From NCBI GenBank assembly GCA_041740355.1, contig JBGSMD010000046.1:1-64000 (forward strand): DNA of 64,000 nt. The letters are read 5' to 3'. The DNA comes from Bdellovibrionota bacterium (GTDB lineage: Bacteria > Bdellovibrionota_C > UBA2361 > CALJRW01). Below the pieces are notes generated by a model. That model was not told the DNA's origin, ran no database searches, and saw only the letters and a program-made list of their open reading frames with translations. The first letter of the stretch is position 1. Every line of letters begins with the position of its first letter. Of the stretch, positions 40,408-49,318 are shown one piece after another. Made by a program: the position numbers and the translations under genes.

Positions 40408-42240
40408 ATGCCAAAATTTCAACAGAAATTTAATCTCAAAAAAATCTCATGTTTGATTTTTGCCCTACTTTTATCAATGCCAATTCAGGTATTTTCTGAA
40501 GAAGCAGAATCATCAAAAAAATTAAGCTTTGAATTTAACGACGCCAAAGAGTCAGTATTCACAGCTAAGTCAGAGTCTGATTTAGACTATCTTTTCGAAA
40601 AGTCTGCTAGCAGTGAATATGTACTTACTCTTAAGGACACTCCACTCCCAGAAGGTCAGGAAGAGTCGTTGATTGCCAAGGACGTTGCTGCCGACATCCG
40701 CTCTGTTCGATTTGTTACTAAAGGTGCAGATCTTCAGTTAAGATTCTTCACTAAGCCAAATGTTTTCTTACAAGCTAATCAGAGCAAAGGATCAATAGTT
40801 GTTGGATCTGCTTTGGGTGAAATTGCACCAGCAGACGTAATGGCCCAAGCTAACGAAGTTGAATTAGAGGGCGAAGTTACTGGACAATTCGAAGAGTCAT
40901 TTAGTGAAGGTTTCGAATCAAAGTACACTGGCCGTTTAATTTCATTAGATCTACAAGATACCGATATTGATAACGCTTTAAGAATTATCGCTGAAGTTTC
41001 TAACTTGAATATCATAGCAAGCGATGATGTTGGTGGTAAGGTTACATTGAGACTTCAAGATGTTCCATGGGATCAAGCATTAGACGTAATTCTTAAGACT
41101 AATGGATTAGACTTAGTTCGAGAAGGAAATGTTGTTCGTATTGCTCCTCTTGAAAAATTAAGATCAGAAAGAGAAGCGCTGAAGCAAGCTAAGCAAGCTG
41201 AAGAAGAGTTAGAACCGCTTAGAGTTCAATACTTAAGAATTAGCTATGCTCGTGCCTCAGAACTACAGCCAATGATCGAAAGTATCTTAACGGAAAGAGG
41301 AAGCGTTGCATTTGACGAACGTACAAACCAGTTAATCATTAAAGATATTACACGTGGGTTAACTAATGCTCAAAAATTGGTTGAGAAGTTGGATTTAAGA
41401 ACTCCTCAAGTTTTAATTGAAGCACAAATTGTTGAAGCAACAAGAACTTTCACAAGAAGACTTGGTAGTCAGTTAGGTTTCAATTTGCTGCGTTCTCCAG
41501 ATCTTGGAAATGCTCTTCCTTACAATTTCCCTAACTCAGCAGAAATTGGTGGTTCGGCAGTTTCTCCAACTGGGGAATCAAACGGTAACGTTTCTGAATT
41601 TGCTAACGGTGAATCTTCTGCTCTTAGCTTCTTATTCGGTAGTTCCGATGGATCAAAAAGCTTAAGTTTTCGTTTAACTCAAGCAGAAGAAGAAGGTGTA
41701 GCTAAAATTGTAAGCCGACCTTCGGTTGCTGTAGCTAATAACACGCCTGCAGAAATTAAGGCTGTTAGAAAGTTAAGAATTAAACTTCCAGCAGGTGGTG
41801 GCGTTAATATCGGTGTTGGAGCAGGTGCTGCCGGCGGCGGAGGTGGTAACGTTGCAACTGAGACGATCGAAGTTGGTATTGTTCTTAATGTTACTGCGCA
41901 AGCGTCCCCAGATTATTTTGTTCTTATGGACATCGATGCCAAGTCAAGCTCACTAGGTACTTTCGATATCGAAGGGGTACCTGAAGAGTTAGAGAGATCT
42001 GCTACTTCTAGCGTACTAGTATCAAGTGGACAGACATTTGCTATGGGTGGAATTTACAAAATTGATGAGACTAATGGTACTAATGGAATACCTTTCTTTA
42101 AGGATATCCCTGTACTAGGTCACTTCTTTAGAAGTGCAACAACAATCGATTCAGATCAAGAGTTGCTGTTTTTCTTAACTCCTCGAATCATCGAAGGAAG
42201 TTTTGATGATGCAGCTTTAGAAGATGAGTCAGAAGTATAA
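40408..42240 (+). CDS. pilQ: Type IV pilus secretin PilQ
   Basis: YTGRLISLDLQD, VTLRLQDVPWDQALD, DERTNQLI, PQVLIEAQIVE, GIPFFKDIPVLGHFF, ELLFFLTPRII. A GGAG RBS precedes the ATG at 40408. Confidence 0.9.
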   Translation: MPKFQQKFNLKKISCLIFALLLSMPIQVFSEEAESSKKLSFEFNDAKESVFTAKSESDLDYLFEKSASSEYVLTLKDTPLPEGQEESLIAKDVAADIRSVRFVTKGADLQLRFFTKPNVFLQANQSKGSIVVGSALGEIAPADVMAQANEVELEGEVTGQFEESFSEGFESKYTGRLISLDLQDTDIDNALRIIAEVSNLNIIASDDVGGKVTLRLQDVPWDQALDVILKTNGLDLVREGNVVRIAPLEKLRSEREALKQAKQAEEELEPLRVQYLRISYARASELQPMIESILTERGSVAFDERTNQLIIKDITRGLTNAQKLVEKLDLRTPQVLIEAQIVEATRTFTRRLGSQLGFNLLRSPDLGNALPYNFPNSAEIGGSAVSPTGESNGNVSEFANGESSALSFLFGSSDGSKSLSFRLTQAEEEGVAKIVSRPSVAVANNTPAEIKAVRKLRIKLPAGGGVNIGVGAGAAGGGGGNVATETIEVGIVLNVTAQASPDYFVLMDIDAKSSSLGTFDIEGVPEELERSATSSVLVSSGQTFAMGGIYKIDETNGTNGIPFFKDIPVLGHFFRSATTIDSDQELLFFLTPRIIEGSFDDAALEDESEV

Positions 42241-42261
42241 TTTTTCTTGGAGATATATCAG

Positions 42262-42912
42262 ATGAAACTTATTAAACTGTTTCTAATTACATTTGTAGCC
42301 TTTGCCGTATCATGTGGTGACTCCACTAGAAATGATAATGGTGTTAGCTTTACTTTTTTTGGATGGTTCCAGGATGATGCTGGAGATGTTGGAGCAACTA
42401 GCGGCACTTTGCCACTGGATGGTTCTGGAATAAATAGTAATAATGTACAGCTTTTTGGAGGCTTGCAAAATAACTTAACAGGCCAGTTCATTAGAATTGA
42501 GCGAGCATTCCATAGCTATACTGTGCCAGGCAGTTCAATCAGAATTCCTGATACATCTGTTGGTGTTGCTTCGTTTGTAAGGCCACCAGTAGTAGGTACT
42601 GGTGATGCTGTTCAAAGCGGAACTACATTACCAACAAATGCTTTCACAGATGCAGGTGCTGCTTATGCTGGAACGTCTTTAGTTCCACCATCAATTGGAC
42701 AGTATATTTCTTTAAACAGATCGCAGTTACCTGAACTTCCATTTCAAATGATTATTACTACATATTATGAAGGTGTAACATCAGGTGGTAGAAGAATTCA
42801 GTCTAACCCAATCCAATTAGAAATAGTAGTTGTTTCCGATTTAGATTTAGGTGGTGGTGCAGTAGATGAAGGCGCACCAGTAGATGAAGTGCCAGTTGAG
42901 GATCTTCCTTAA
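42262..42912 (+). CDS. Lipoprotein of unknown function (pilQ operon)
   Basis: GGAG RBS, lipobox FAVS-C, beta-rich composition and an acidic tail. Confidence 0.8.
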   Translation: MKLIKLFLITFVAFAVSCGDSTRNDNGVSFTFFGWFQDDAGDVGATSGTLPLDGSGINSNNVQLFGGLQNNLTGQFIRIERAFHSYTVPGSSIRIPDTSVGVASFVRPPVVGTGDAVQSGTTLPTNAFTDAGAAYAGTSLVPPSIGQYISLNRSQLPELPFQMIITTYYEGVTSGGRRIQSNPIQLEIVVVSDLDLGGGAVDEGAPVDEVPVEDLP

Positions 42913-42966
42913 TTTTAAACTTCTATATTTATAATGAATAATATTTTTTTAATAAGGAAGGCTTTA

Positions 42967-43953
42967 ATGAATAAGAAATTATTTCTAATTCTTCTTACTC
43001 TTGTTTCCATGGCAACTGTTGCCTGTAACAGTAGTAAAACAGATGAAAGTGGCGAGAGCGATTTATCATCAATTTTTGTATCGGATGATGGCAACACTGG
43101 TTCGATTGAGATCCGTTTGGATTCTAATGTAGTTCCAGTCGCCGGAACAGCAAACTTTCAAGTTACAGCAAAAGGAGCCGATGGGCAGTTAGTTGATAAC
43201 GTTAGAATCGTTTGTGATACCGAAAACGATCTCAGAATTATTGAGCCTAGTTCAGGATCTTTTTTCACCGCAAGTTTTGGTTCAGCCAGTGGCGTAATTG
43301 GTTGTGAAGATACTGGTAGCTTCTTATTTGCATGTGGACTTGGTGGTGCTCAAAGAAGCATGAGAGACACTGTTCTTATTAAGTGTGAAGGAACTCGACC
43401 AATTGGTTTTGCAGGCTTTCCTGGTTCTGCCGGTGGTGGACTTGGTAACGGGGTAACTGATGTTGGTAACGATGAAGAAGAAGACGAAGAAGGCTTTACT
43501 GTTCGTTTGACAGGCGTTGAATTCATTGAATTAGGCGGTTCAACAACATCAATTGATATCCAACAAGGTGGAGACTGTGATGGTGATAATACTACTAACG
43601 ATCCTGAACCATTTGGAGACGCATCGGTAAGATTCACTGTTAGCAATAGCACAGAACAGATCGTTCGTTATACATCTTACAGCTACGAAGTTTTAGATTT
43701 AAATGGAAGTGTTACACAAAGATCACCTGTCCTAAATCTAATCGGAGAGGCAGTCGGTGGTGGCGCAACTGGAACATTTAATGGTCTATTCGGATTTGCA
43801 GATAATGGACAGAAATTTGTACCAAGTGGATCACAGTTTAGTTCAGGTTTTAAAAACATTAGATTTACTCTATTTGGAACTCTTTCCGACGGAAGCCAGC
43901 AGAACATTACAGCTAGTCAAGCGGGTAGTTTTAATAATTTTGACAATTGCTAG
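42967..43953 (+). CDS. Lipoprotein with Ig-like beta-rich domains (pilQ operon)
   Basis: Lipobox TVA-C, several Cys, a Gly/acidic linker and DCDGDNT. Confidence 0.8.
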   Translation: MNKKLFLILLTLVSMATVACNSSKTDESGESDLSSIFVSDDGNTGSIEIRLDSNVVPVAGTANFQVTAKGADGQLVDNVRIVCDTENDLRIIEPSSGSFFTASFGSASGVIGCEDTGSFLFACGLGGAQRSMRDTVLIKCEGTRPIGFAGFPGSAGGGLGNGVTDVGNDEEEDEEGFTVRLTGVEFIELGGSTTSIDIQQGGDCDGDNTTNDPEPFGDASVRFTVSNSTEQIVRYTSYSYEVLDLNGSVTQRSPVLNLIGEAVGGGATGTFNGLFGFADNGQKFVPSGSQFSSGFKNIRFTLFGTLSDGSQQNITASQAGSFNNFDNC

Positions 43954-43991
43954 CCTAGCTTGAGTTTTAAGCTAAATTAACCTATAAAAAT

Positions 43992-44016
43992 AAGCCGTTT
44001 CAACACGGCTTTTTTT
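43992..44016 (+). terminator. Rho-independent terminator after the pilQ-lipoprotein operon
   Basis: AAGCCGT-ttcaac-ACGGCTT followed by a T-tract. Confidence 0.8.
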
Positions 44017-44033
44017 ATTTTCAATCTCAAACA

Positions 44034-44516
44034 ATGAACCTTAAAGACTTACAAAAGATAATTGATATCTTAAAAGAGAGCGATGTTAATGAGTTTCACC
44101 TTGAAGAAGAAGGAACATCCATTAAATTAATTAGAGGCACGTCATTTGCACAGCAACCTCAACTACAAATGCAAAATTTTGCTCCGCAATACGCGCAGCA
44201 ACAACAAATTCCAACTAGTGTTACTGTTAACGTTCCAGTTAATGCTGCACCGGAAGCTCCAAAAGAAGATGAAGGCATGTTTAAAGTGGAGTCTCCGATC
44301 GTCGGAACATTCTACCGAAAATCTTCTCCCGACTCTCCTGCCTTTGTTGATGTTGGTAAGGTAGTTAAAAAGGGTGAGAAGCTTTGCATCATCGAAGCAA
44401 TGAAATTGATGAATGAAATTGATGCCCCAATTTCAGGAACTATTGAAAAGATATTGGTACAAGATGCCCAAGTTGTAGAATTTGGAGAACCACTCTTCTT
44501 AATTCGTCCTTCATAA
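44034..44516 (+). CDS. accB: Acetyl-CoA carboxylase biotin carboxyl carrier protein
   Basis: SPIVGTFY, IIEAMKLMNEI, VEFGEPLF. Confidence 0.97.
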   Translation: MNLKDLQKIIDILKESDVNEFHLEEEGTSIKLIRGTSFAQQPQLQMQNFAPQYAQQQQIPTSVTVNVPVNAAPEAPKEDEGMFKVESPIVGTFYRKSSPDSPAFVDVGKVVKKGEKLCIIEAMKLMNEIDAPISGTIEKILVQDAQVVEFGEPLFLIRPS

Positions 44517-44535
44517 TCTGATCAAGCTAAATAAT

Positions 44536-45900
44536 ATGTCTGAACCACTTAAGTTTAATAAAATCTTAATAGCAAACCGTGGAGAAATTGCCCTCCGAGT
44601 AATTCGTGCCTGCCATGAATTAGGAATTAAAACAGTAGCCATTCACTCCACAGCAGATGTTGAAGCATTACACGTTAAGCTCGCTACAGAATCAATTTGT
44701 GTCGGTCCGGCTTCAGCTAAGCTTAGTTATTTAAATATCCCTTCTGTAGTTTCAGCAGCTGTAGCAACTGGTGCTGATGCCATTCACCCTGGGTATGGAT
44801 TTTTAAGTGAAAACTCCAAATTTGCCGAAGTTTGCGCATCTTGTGGCATAACCTTTATTGGTCCAAATGTTAAAAACATGCGAATGATGGGTGACAAGGC
44901 TCGGGCTCGTAGGGCTGCCGAAAAAGCTGGAGTTCCAACCATTCCAGGAATAAGTGAAGGTTTAATTGATTCTAAAGCAGCACTTCCAATCGCAGAGGAA
45001 ATTGGATATCCGGTACTATTAAAAAGCTGTGCTGGTGGTGGTGGGCGTGGCATGAAGATCGTTCATAACTCTGATGAGTTTGATAACCTATTTAATACGG
45101 CAGCACGAGAAGTAGAAGCTGCCTTTGGCGATCCAAGCTTAATCATCGAAAAGTTTTTACCACGAGTAAGGCATATTGAAGTTCAAATTGCTGGTGATAA
45201 ACAAGGTAATGTTGTTCATTTAGGGATTCGCGATTGTTCGATGCAACGTCGCTATCAAAAACTTGTTGAGGAATCTCCTTCGATTGGATTATCCCAAGAA
45301 CTTCAAGAGCAGATTCAAAATGCTGCTGTGGAATTGGGACGTTCTGCCAACTACACAAATGTAGGTACAGTAGAATTCTTAGCGGATCTAGAAGCTAATC
45401 GCTTCTATTTCATTGAGATGAATACAAGATTACAAGTTGAACATCCAGTAACTGAGATGGCGACCGGAATTGACTTGGTCAAGGAACAGATTAGCTTAGC
45501 TGCAGGTAACCCATTAAGTAAGACGCAAGAACAGATTCAATCTACAGGTCATACTATTGAAGTCCGAATTAATGCCGAAGATTCCAGAACTTATGTTCCC
45601 TCACCTGGGAAGATCACCAGCTTTCATGCCCCAGGAGGTTTCGGAGTGCGTGTTGATTCTGCAATTTATCACGGATATGTGGTGCAACCTCACTATGATT
45701 CCATGATTGCCAAGTTAATTGTTAAAGCTGATACCAGAGAGAAATGTATAAATAAAGCTTTAGTAGCACTTGATGAGTTTATTATCGAAGGCATTAAAAC
45801 TAATATAGAAATGCAAAGAAGGATTCTGATGAATGCCGATTTTCGTAGCGGGAATTTCTATACCAAATATTTAGATAACGTTGATTTATTTGCTAGTTAG
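44536..45900 (+). CDS. accC: Acetyl-CoA carboxylase biotin carboxylase
   Basis: KILIANRGEIA, HPGYGFLSEN, GGGGRGM, RDCSMQRR, EMNTRLQVEHPVTE, YDSMIAKL. Confidence 0.97.
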   Translation: MSEPLKFNKILIANRGEIALRVIRACHELGIKTVAIHSTADVEALHVKLATESICVGPASAKLSYLNIPSVVSAAVATGADAIHPGYGFLSENSKFAEVCASCGITFIGPNVKNMRMMGDKARARRAAEKAGVPTIPGISEGLIDSKAALPIAEEIGYPVLLKSCAGGGGRGMKIVHNSDEFDNLFNTAAREVEAAFGDPSLIIEKFLPRVRHIEVQIAGDKQGNVVHLGIRDCSMQRRYQKLVEESPSIGLSQELQEQIQNAAVELGRSANYTNVGTVEFLADLEANRFYFIEMNTRLQVEHPVTEMATGIDLVKEQISLAAGNPLSKTQEQIQSTGHTIEVRINAEDSRTYVPSPGKITSFHAPGGFGVRVDSAIYHGYVVQPHYDSMIAKLIVKADTREKCINKALVALDEFIIEGIKTNIEMQRRILMNADFRSGNFYTKYLDNVDLFAS

Positions 45901-45907
45901 ATTACTA

Positions 45908-46933
45908 ATGAAAATTTCCAGCATTAGTATATTTATTCTCACTATACTTTCCGTATTTCCTTACTCCTTGACTCAAGCACAAACAGAGGACTTGAAATCA
46001 ACTATTCAAGTTGATACTAGTGACTATAGCTTTGGAAGCGTACTAGAAGGTGAGAAAATTAAAACAAGCTTCAACATCTCCAACACGGGGAATGCACCAC
46101 TAAATATTATTAATCTCATTCCAGGATGTGGCTGCCTGATTGCCAAGCTTGATTCGCAAGTTGTTGAACCTGGTGGAAACCTCCCGGTGTCTGTTGAGTT
46201 TGATACGCGTGGATTTATCGGCCAACAGTCACAACAACTTGCGATAAATACTGACAACTTAGAACAAAAACAGCTTGTCTTTACGATCCATGGTCAAGTG
46301 GAACCAGAGGTTATGATTGAACCTAATAGAATCTTTATTTCTCAAATTTCTGCAAAGGAATTAATCAAGTTGCCCACGATTAAGTTTAAAGTAACTGTTA
46401 ATTCCAAGAGTAAGGCAGAAATTACGGAGTTGCTTGATTTGAGTCAGCTGCTGGAAATTAGTGACTTACAGATAGCTCCTAAAAAGGCTACATTTTTAAC
46501 AAAGTATCTTACGCCCGAGAAACCTGGATTGTATCGAGATCGACTTTCGATTAATTTAAAAAATGCTAGTCGAAAGAATTATAACGTCCCTGTTTTTATT
46601 AAAGTTCAGGAGCCACTGGAAATTATTCCACCAGCATTATCATTTGGACTTTTAAAGCCAGGATCAGAGACAACAAAGATCTTAAAATTGAAGTTTCCTA
46701 AAGAAATGGGCTTAAAAATTACTGAGGTAAATTCGGAAAACTTGGCAATTTCAGCAATTGTGCAAACTGGAAAATCCAAGGATGATTCAATTAGTTTGCA
46801 GGTATCTATTGATCCGTCAGCAGTAAAAGAGAGTATTCTGACCGATTTAGTATTAACTACTAATCAGGAAGAACTCAAAGAGATTCGAGTTAATGTCTTT
46901 GCTACTGTTCCACCTAGGATTGAAGAGCCGTAG
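45908..46933 (+). CDS. DUF1573-domain (Ig-like) exported protein
   Basis: Signal peptide, YSFGSV, FNISNTGNAPL.I..L.PGCGC, PGG...VEFDT.G. Confidence 0.8.
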   Translation: MKISSISIFILTILSVFPYSLTQAQTEDLKSTIQVDTSDYSFGSVLEGEKIKTSFNISNTGNAPLNIINLIPGCGCLIAKLDSQVVEPGGNLPVSVEFDTRGFIGQQSQQLAINTDNLEQKQLVFTIHGQVEPEVMIEPNRIFISQISAKELIKLPTIKFKVTVNSKSKAEITELLDLSQLLEISDLQIAPKKATFLTKYLTPEKPGLYRDRLSINLKNASRKNYNVPVFIKVQEPLEIIPPALSFGLLKPGSETTKILKLKFPKEMGLKITEVNSENLAISAIVQTGKSKDDSISLQVSIDPSAVKESILTDLVLTTNQEELKEIRVNVFATVPPRIEEP

Positions 46934-47044
46934 ATTGGGATTTAAGTTTTCTCGGTTTTTAAGTGGATGTATAGCGAGTCCCAAGAGGATTTCCGTTAAT
47001 GCAATTGTTTTTACGGCTAAAAAATAGCAAAGAGATTAATTATG

Positions 47045-47074
47045 TACCCAGCGATATTTAAATATCGCTGGGTA
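47045..47074. repeat. Perfect 30-bp palindrome
   Basis: TACCCAGCGATATTTAAATATCGCTGGGTA equals its own reverse complement. Confidence 0.9.
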
Positions 47075-47153
47075 AAACATTATAACCAAATTAATCCCAA
47101 CGGGGGTCGATTCAAACACTGTATGAAGAATACGCTGGTGATTTAATATAGTT

Positions 47154-48812
47154 ATGTATTACTTGAAGAATTTAATTATTTTCATACTAATCGCCTGCAG
47201 TGCGAACTTGTCTTTTGCTGACAAAATTACGATTTTTAATTTAAGTTTTGAATATACTGTTGAGTCTGAGATTGATGCAGATCAGAAAGAAATTAAAATT
47301 GGAGATTATTCAAAAATAATCAAAATCAAAAATCTTCAAGAATTTTTAGTAGAGCATTACTTTTTAAATTCCAAAACTAGCTACTCCTTTTCTGAGATCT
47401 CGGAGTTTTTAAAGCAAGCTATTGCTGCTTCTGCTCAGCCGTTTGTTTTTTTAACGGTAAAAAAAATAAGCGGAGAAAGAGACTGGACTTACCAACAAGC
47501 TGCTGAATTGTTGGATCAACTAACTCCAGCCTTAGTTGCTGAAATTGCACGAAAAGATCAGTTTGAAATGACCTATGAATTAAGTAAGCGGACCAATACT
47601 GGAAAATACCTACTTTTAATTGCTCTTGAGCATTACTCTACTAATTTTTTAAATAATTGTTGCTCCAAACCTTTTGATTTAGTTCCGACTATTGCTTTTT
47701 ATTTAAAGCAACAATTAGCCAAAGGAAAGGCACCAATTGAAATAATTAATGATTTTTATCGTAAGAAGTCTACGGTTGTTAATAATGAAGAAATCAAAAC
47801 AATTGAAAAGATTATTTCTGATTTTATAGTTCTGGCACAATTAAATTCTAGCTTTCCCAAGACGTATCTGGCCTTAGCTGAGAAGCATCCCCAATATTTT
47901 GCTGAGTTAAAAGAATTTCTATTAACACTTCGGGAGCAAGCACTAGACAATGCTATTAATCTAAAGAACTTCCAAATAGCCTTTGATTTATTACTTCTTC
48001 AGGATGTTAATGAAAGAACAGAAACTACTCACCAACTAGTAAATCAATTATTGAAGAATATTGATTTAGGATTTGCCCCGCTTTTAATCATTGATCCCTA
48101 CAAGTCATACATTAGCGCAATTGCAGAAAAAGATTTCCAAGTTAAGGAAACCTTCATTGCGAAGTTGGAAGAGATTATTACTAGCCTTGTATTAAGTGGA
48201 AAGACCTTTGAGGCTAAGGAATATTTAGCAGAAGTATTTAATTATCGAGTTAATCCCAATAGTGATAATACAAATTTAATTTTTATCCTAGTTAAGGAGT
48301 TTGATAAGAAGAATCTAAGAGATCAAGTTTATTTACTGCGCGATACTTATCAGTCAAGTTATTCATTGAAGCAGAAATTTTGGTTTTTTAAAAACGGCTA
48401 CTACTTTAGCTTGCTTTTTGTTTGGGGATTTATTGGACTCTTGATCGGATTCTTTGTCTTAGTATATTTAAAGATAATTAAGATTGATAAGTTTAGAGAG
48501 GCAATCAAGAAATCCTTAAAAGAGGTTATTAATTTAAAAACTATTAAACCTAAGGATCCAGCGACTGAATTTAGCCAAAAATTTGATCAATTAAACAGTG
48601 ATCGTCAAAAGTATAAATCGATGCTCAAGTACTTTGAGATGAATGAGAAATGCACCTTGGAGCAAATTAAGAGTAATTATCGTAAAAAAATAAAAGCGTA
48701 TCATCCCGATCTTAACCCCACTCAAACTGAATTGGATAGGTTAAAGTTTTTGGAGATTACAGAGCGTTATGAGGAGCTTCTAGGTCTATACTCTCGCTTT
48801 GGCCCGAAGTAG
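47154..48812 (+). CDS. Exported/membrane protein with C-terminal DnaJ (J) domain
   Basis: Signal peptide, long helical region, one TM, then IKSNYRKKIKAYHPDLN..FLEITERYEEL. Confidence 0.8.
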   Translation: MYYLKNLIIFILIACSANLSFADKITIFNLSFEYTVESEIDADQKEIKIGDYSKIIKIKNLQEFLVEHYFLNSKTSYSFSEISEFLKQAIAASAQPFVFLTVKKISGERDWTYQQAAELLDQLTPALVAEIARKDQFEMTYELSKRTNTGKYLLLIALEHYSTNFLNNCCSKPFDLVPTIAFYLKQQLAKGKAPIEIINDFYRKKSTVVNNEEIKTIEKIISDFIVLAQLNSSFPKTYLALAEKHPQYFAELKEFLLTLREQALDNAINLKNFQIAFDLLLLQDVNERTETTHQLVNQLLKNIDLGFAPLLIIDPYKSYISAIAEKDFQVKETFIAKLEEIITSLVLSGKTFEAKEYLAEVFNYRVNPNSDNTNLIFILVKEFDKKNLRDQVYLLRDTYQSSYSLKQKFWFFKNGYYFSLLFVWGFIGLLIGFFVLVYLKIIKIDKFREAIKKSLKEVINLKTIKPKDPATEFSQKFDQLNSDRQKYKSMLKYFEMNEKCTLEQIKSNYRKKIKAYHPDLNPTQTELDRLKFLEITERYEELLGLYSRFGPK

Positions 48813-48958
48813 CTCTCGGTTTCTTAACCTGTTAGTCATATTTAACGGCTCTAAACTGTAAACTTTTCTAGGAGCTAACAGTATGCCCCTCCAGATTTGT
48901 TGCTGTTTATTGCCGAGTGACTTGTCTTGAAGTTTTAAATTATTCATGCCAATTACAT

Positions 48959-48974
48959 TGCAAAAAGCATGCCA
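48959..48974 (-). promoter_or_regulatory. Putative sigma54 (-24/-12) promoter
   Basis: The minus strand reads TGGCATGCTTTTTGCA (GG-N10-GC), against the consensus TGGCACG-N4-TTGCW. Confidence 0.55.
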
Positions 48975-49073
48975 GCAAGAATATGAGTTTTACACTAGAA
49001 AACTGTTGCTGACCTGTAGATAATTTAATCACCCCCTGTTGAGTTTTTCAGCAAGTAAAGCTACTCTCACTTT

Positions 49074-49157
49074 GGGCGAAGCGCGAGGTAGCTTGCGAAA
49101 CTGGTCAGATTCGGAAGGAAGCAGCCATAAGCGAATCCTACTTGTGTTGCTTCGCCC
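49074..49157 (+). ncRNA. ffs: Signal recognition particle RNA (small bacterial SRP, 4.5S)
   Basis: GGGCGAAGC...GCTTCGCCC closing stem and helix-8 motif GGTCAGATTCGGAAGGAAGCAGCC. Lies upstream of dnaX, the usual context. Confidence 0.9.
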
Positions 49158-49318
49158 TCTTTCGCCAAGGCTTCAGCGGGTAAACCCGTTTTCTCCCCTT
49201 TTAACTTATTTTTAACAGGCATTCATGCCCGTTAAAAATAAGTTATCACGCCATAGCACGCAGTGCGAAGGCGGATTGCATATAGTGTATAGATCTTTTC
49301 TTTTGTATAATCTTCCAC

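Noticed and set aside
49160-49282. Short GC-rich motifs (TTCGCCAAGGCTTCAGCGGG, CGCCATAGC..GCGAAGGCG) after ffs
   Set aside because: They look like single degenerate REP-like hairpins, with too little evidence in this window to define a family or an RNA gene.
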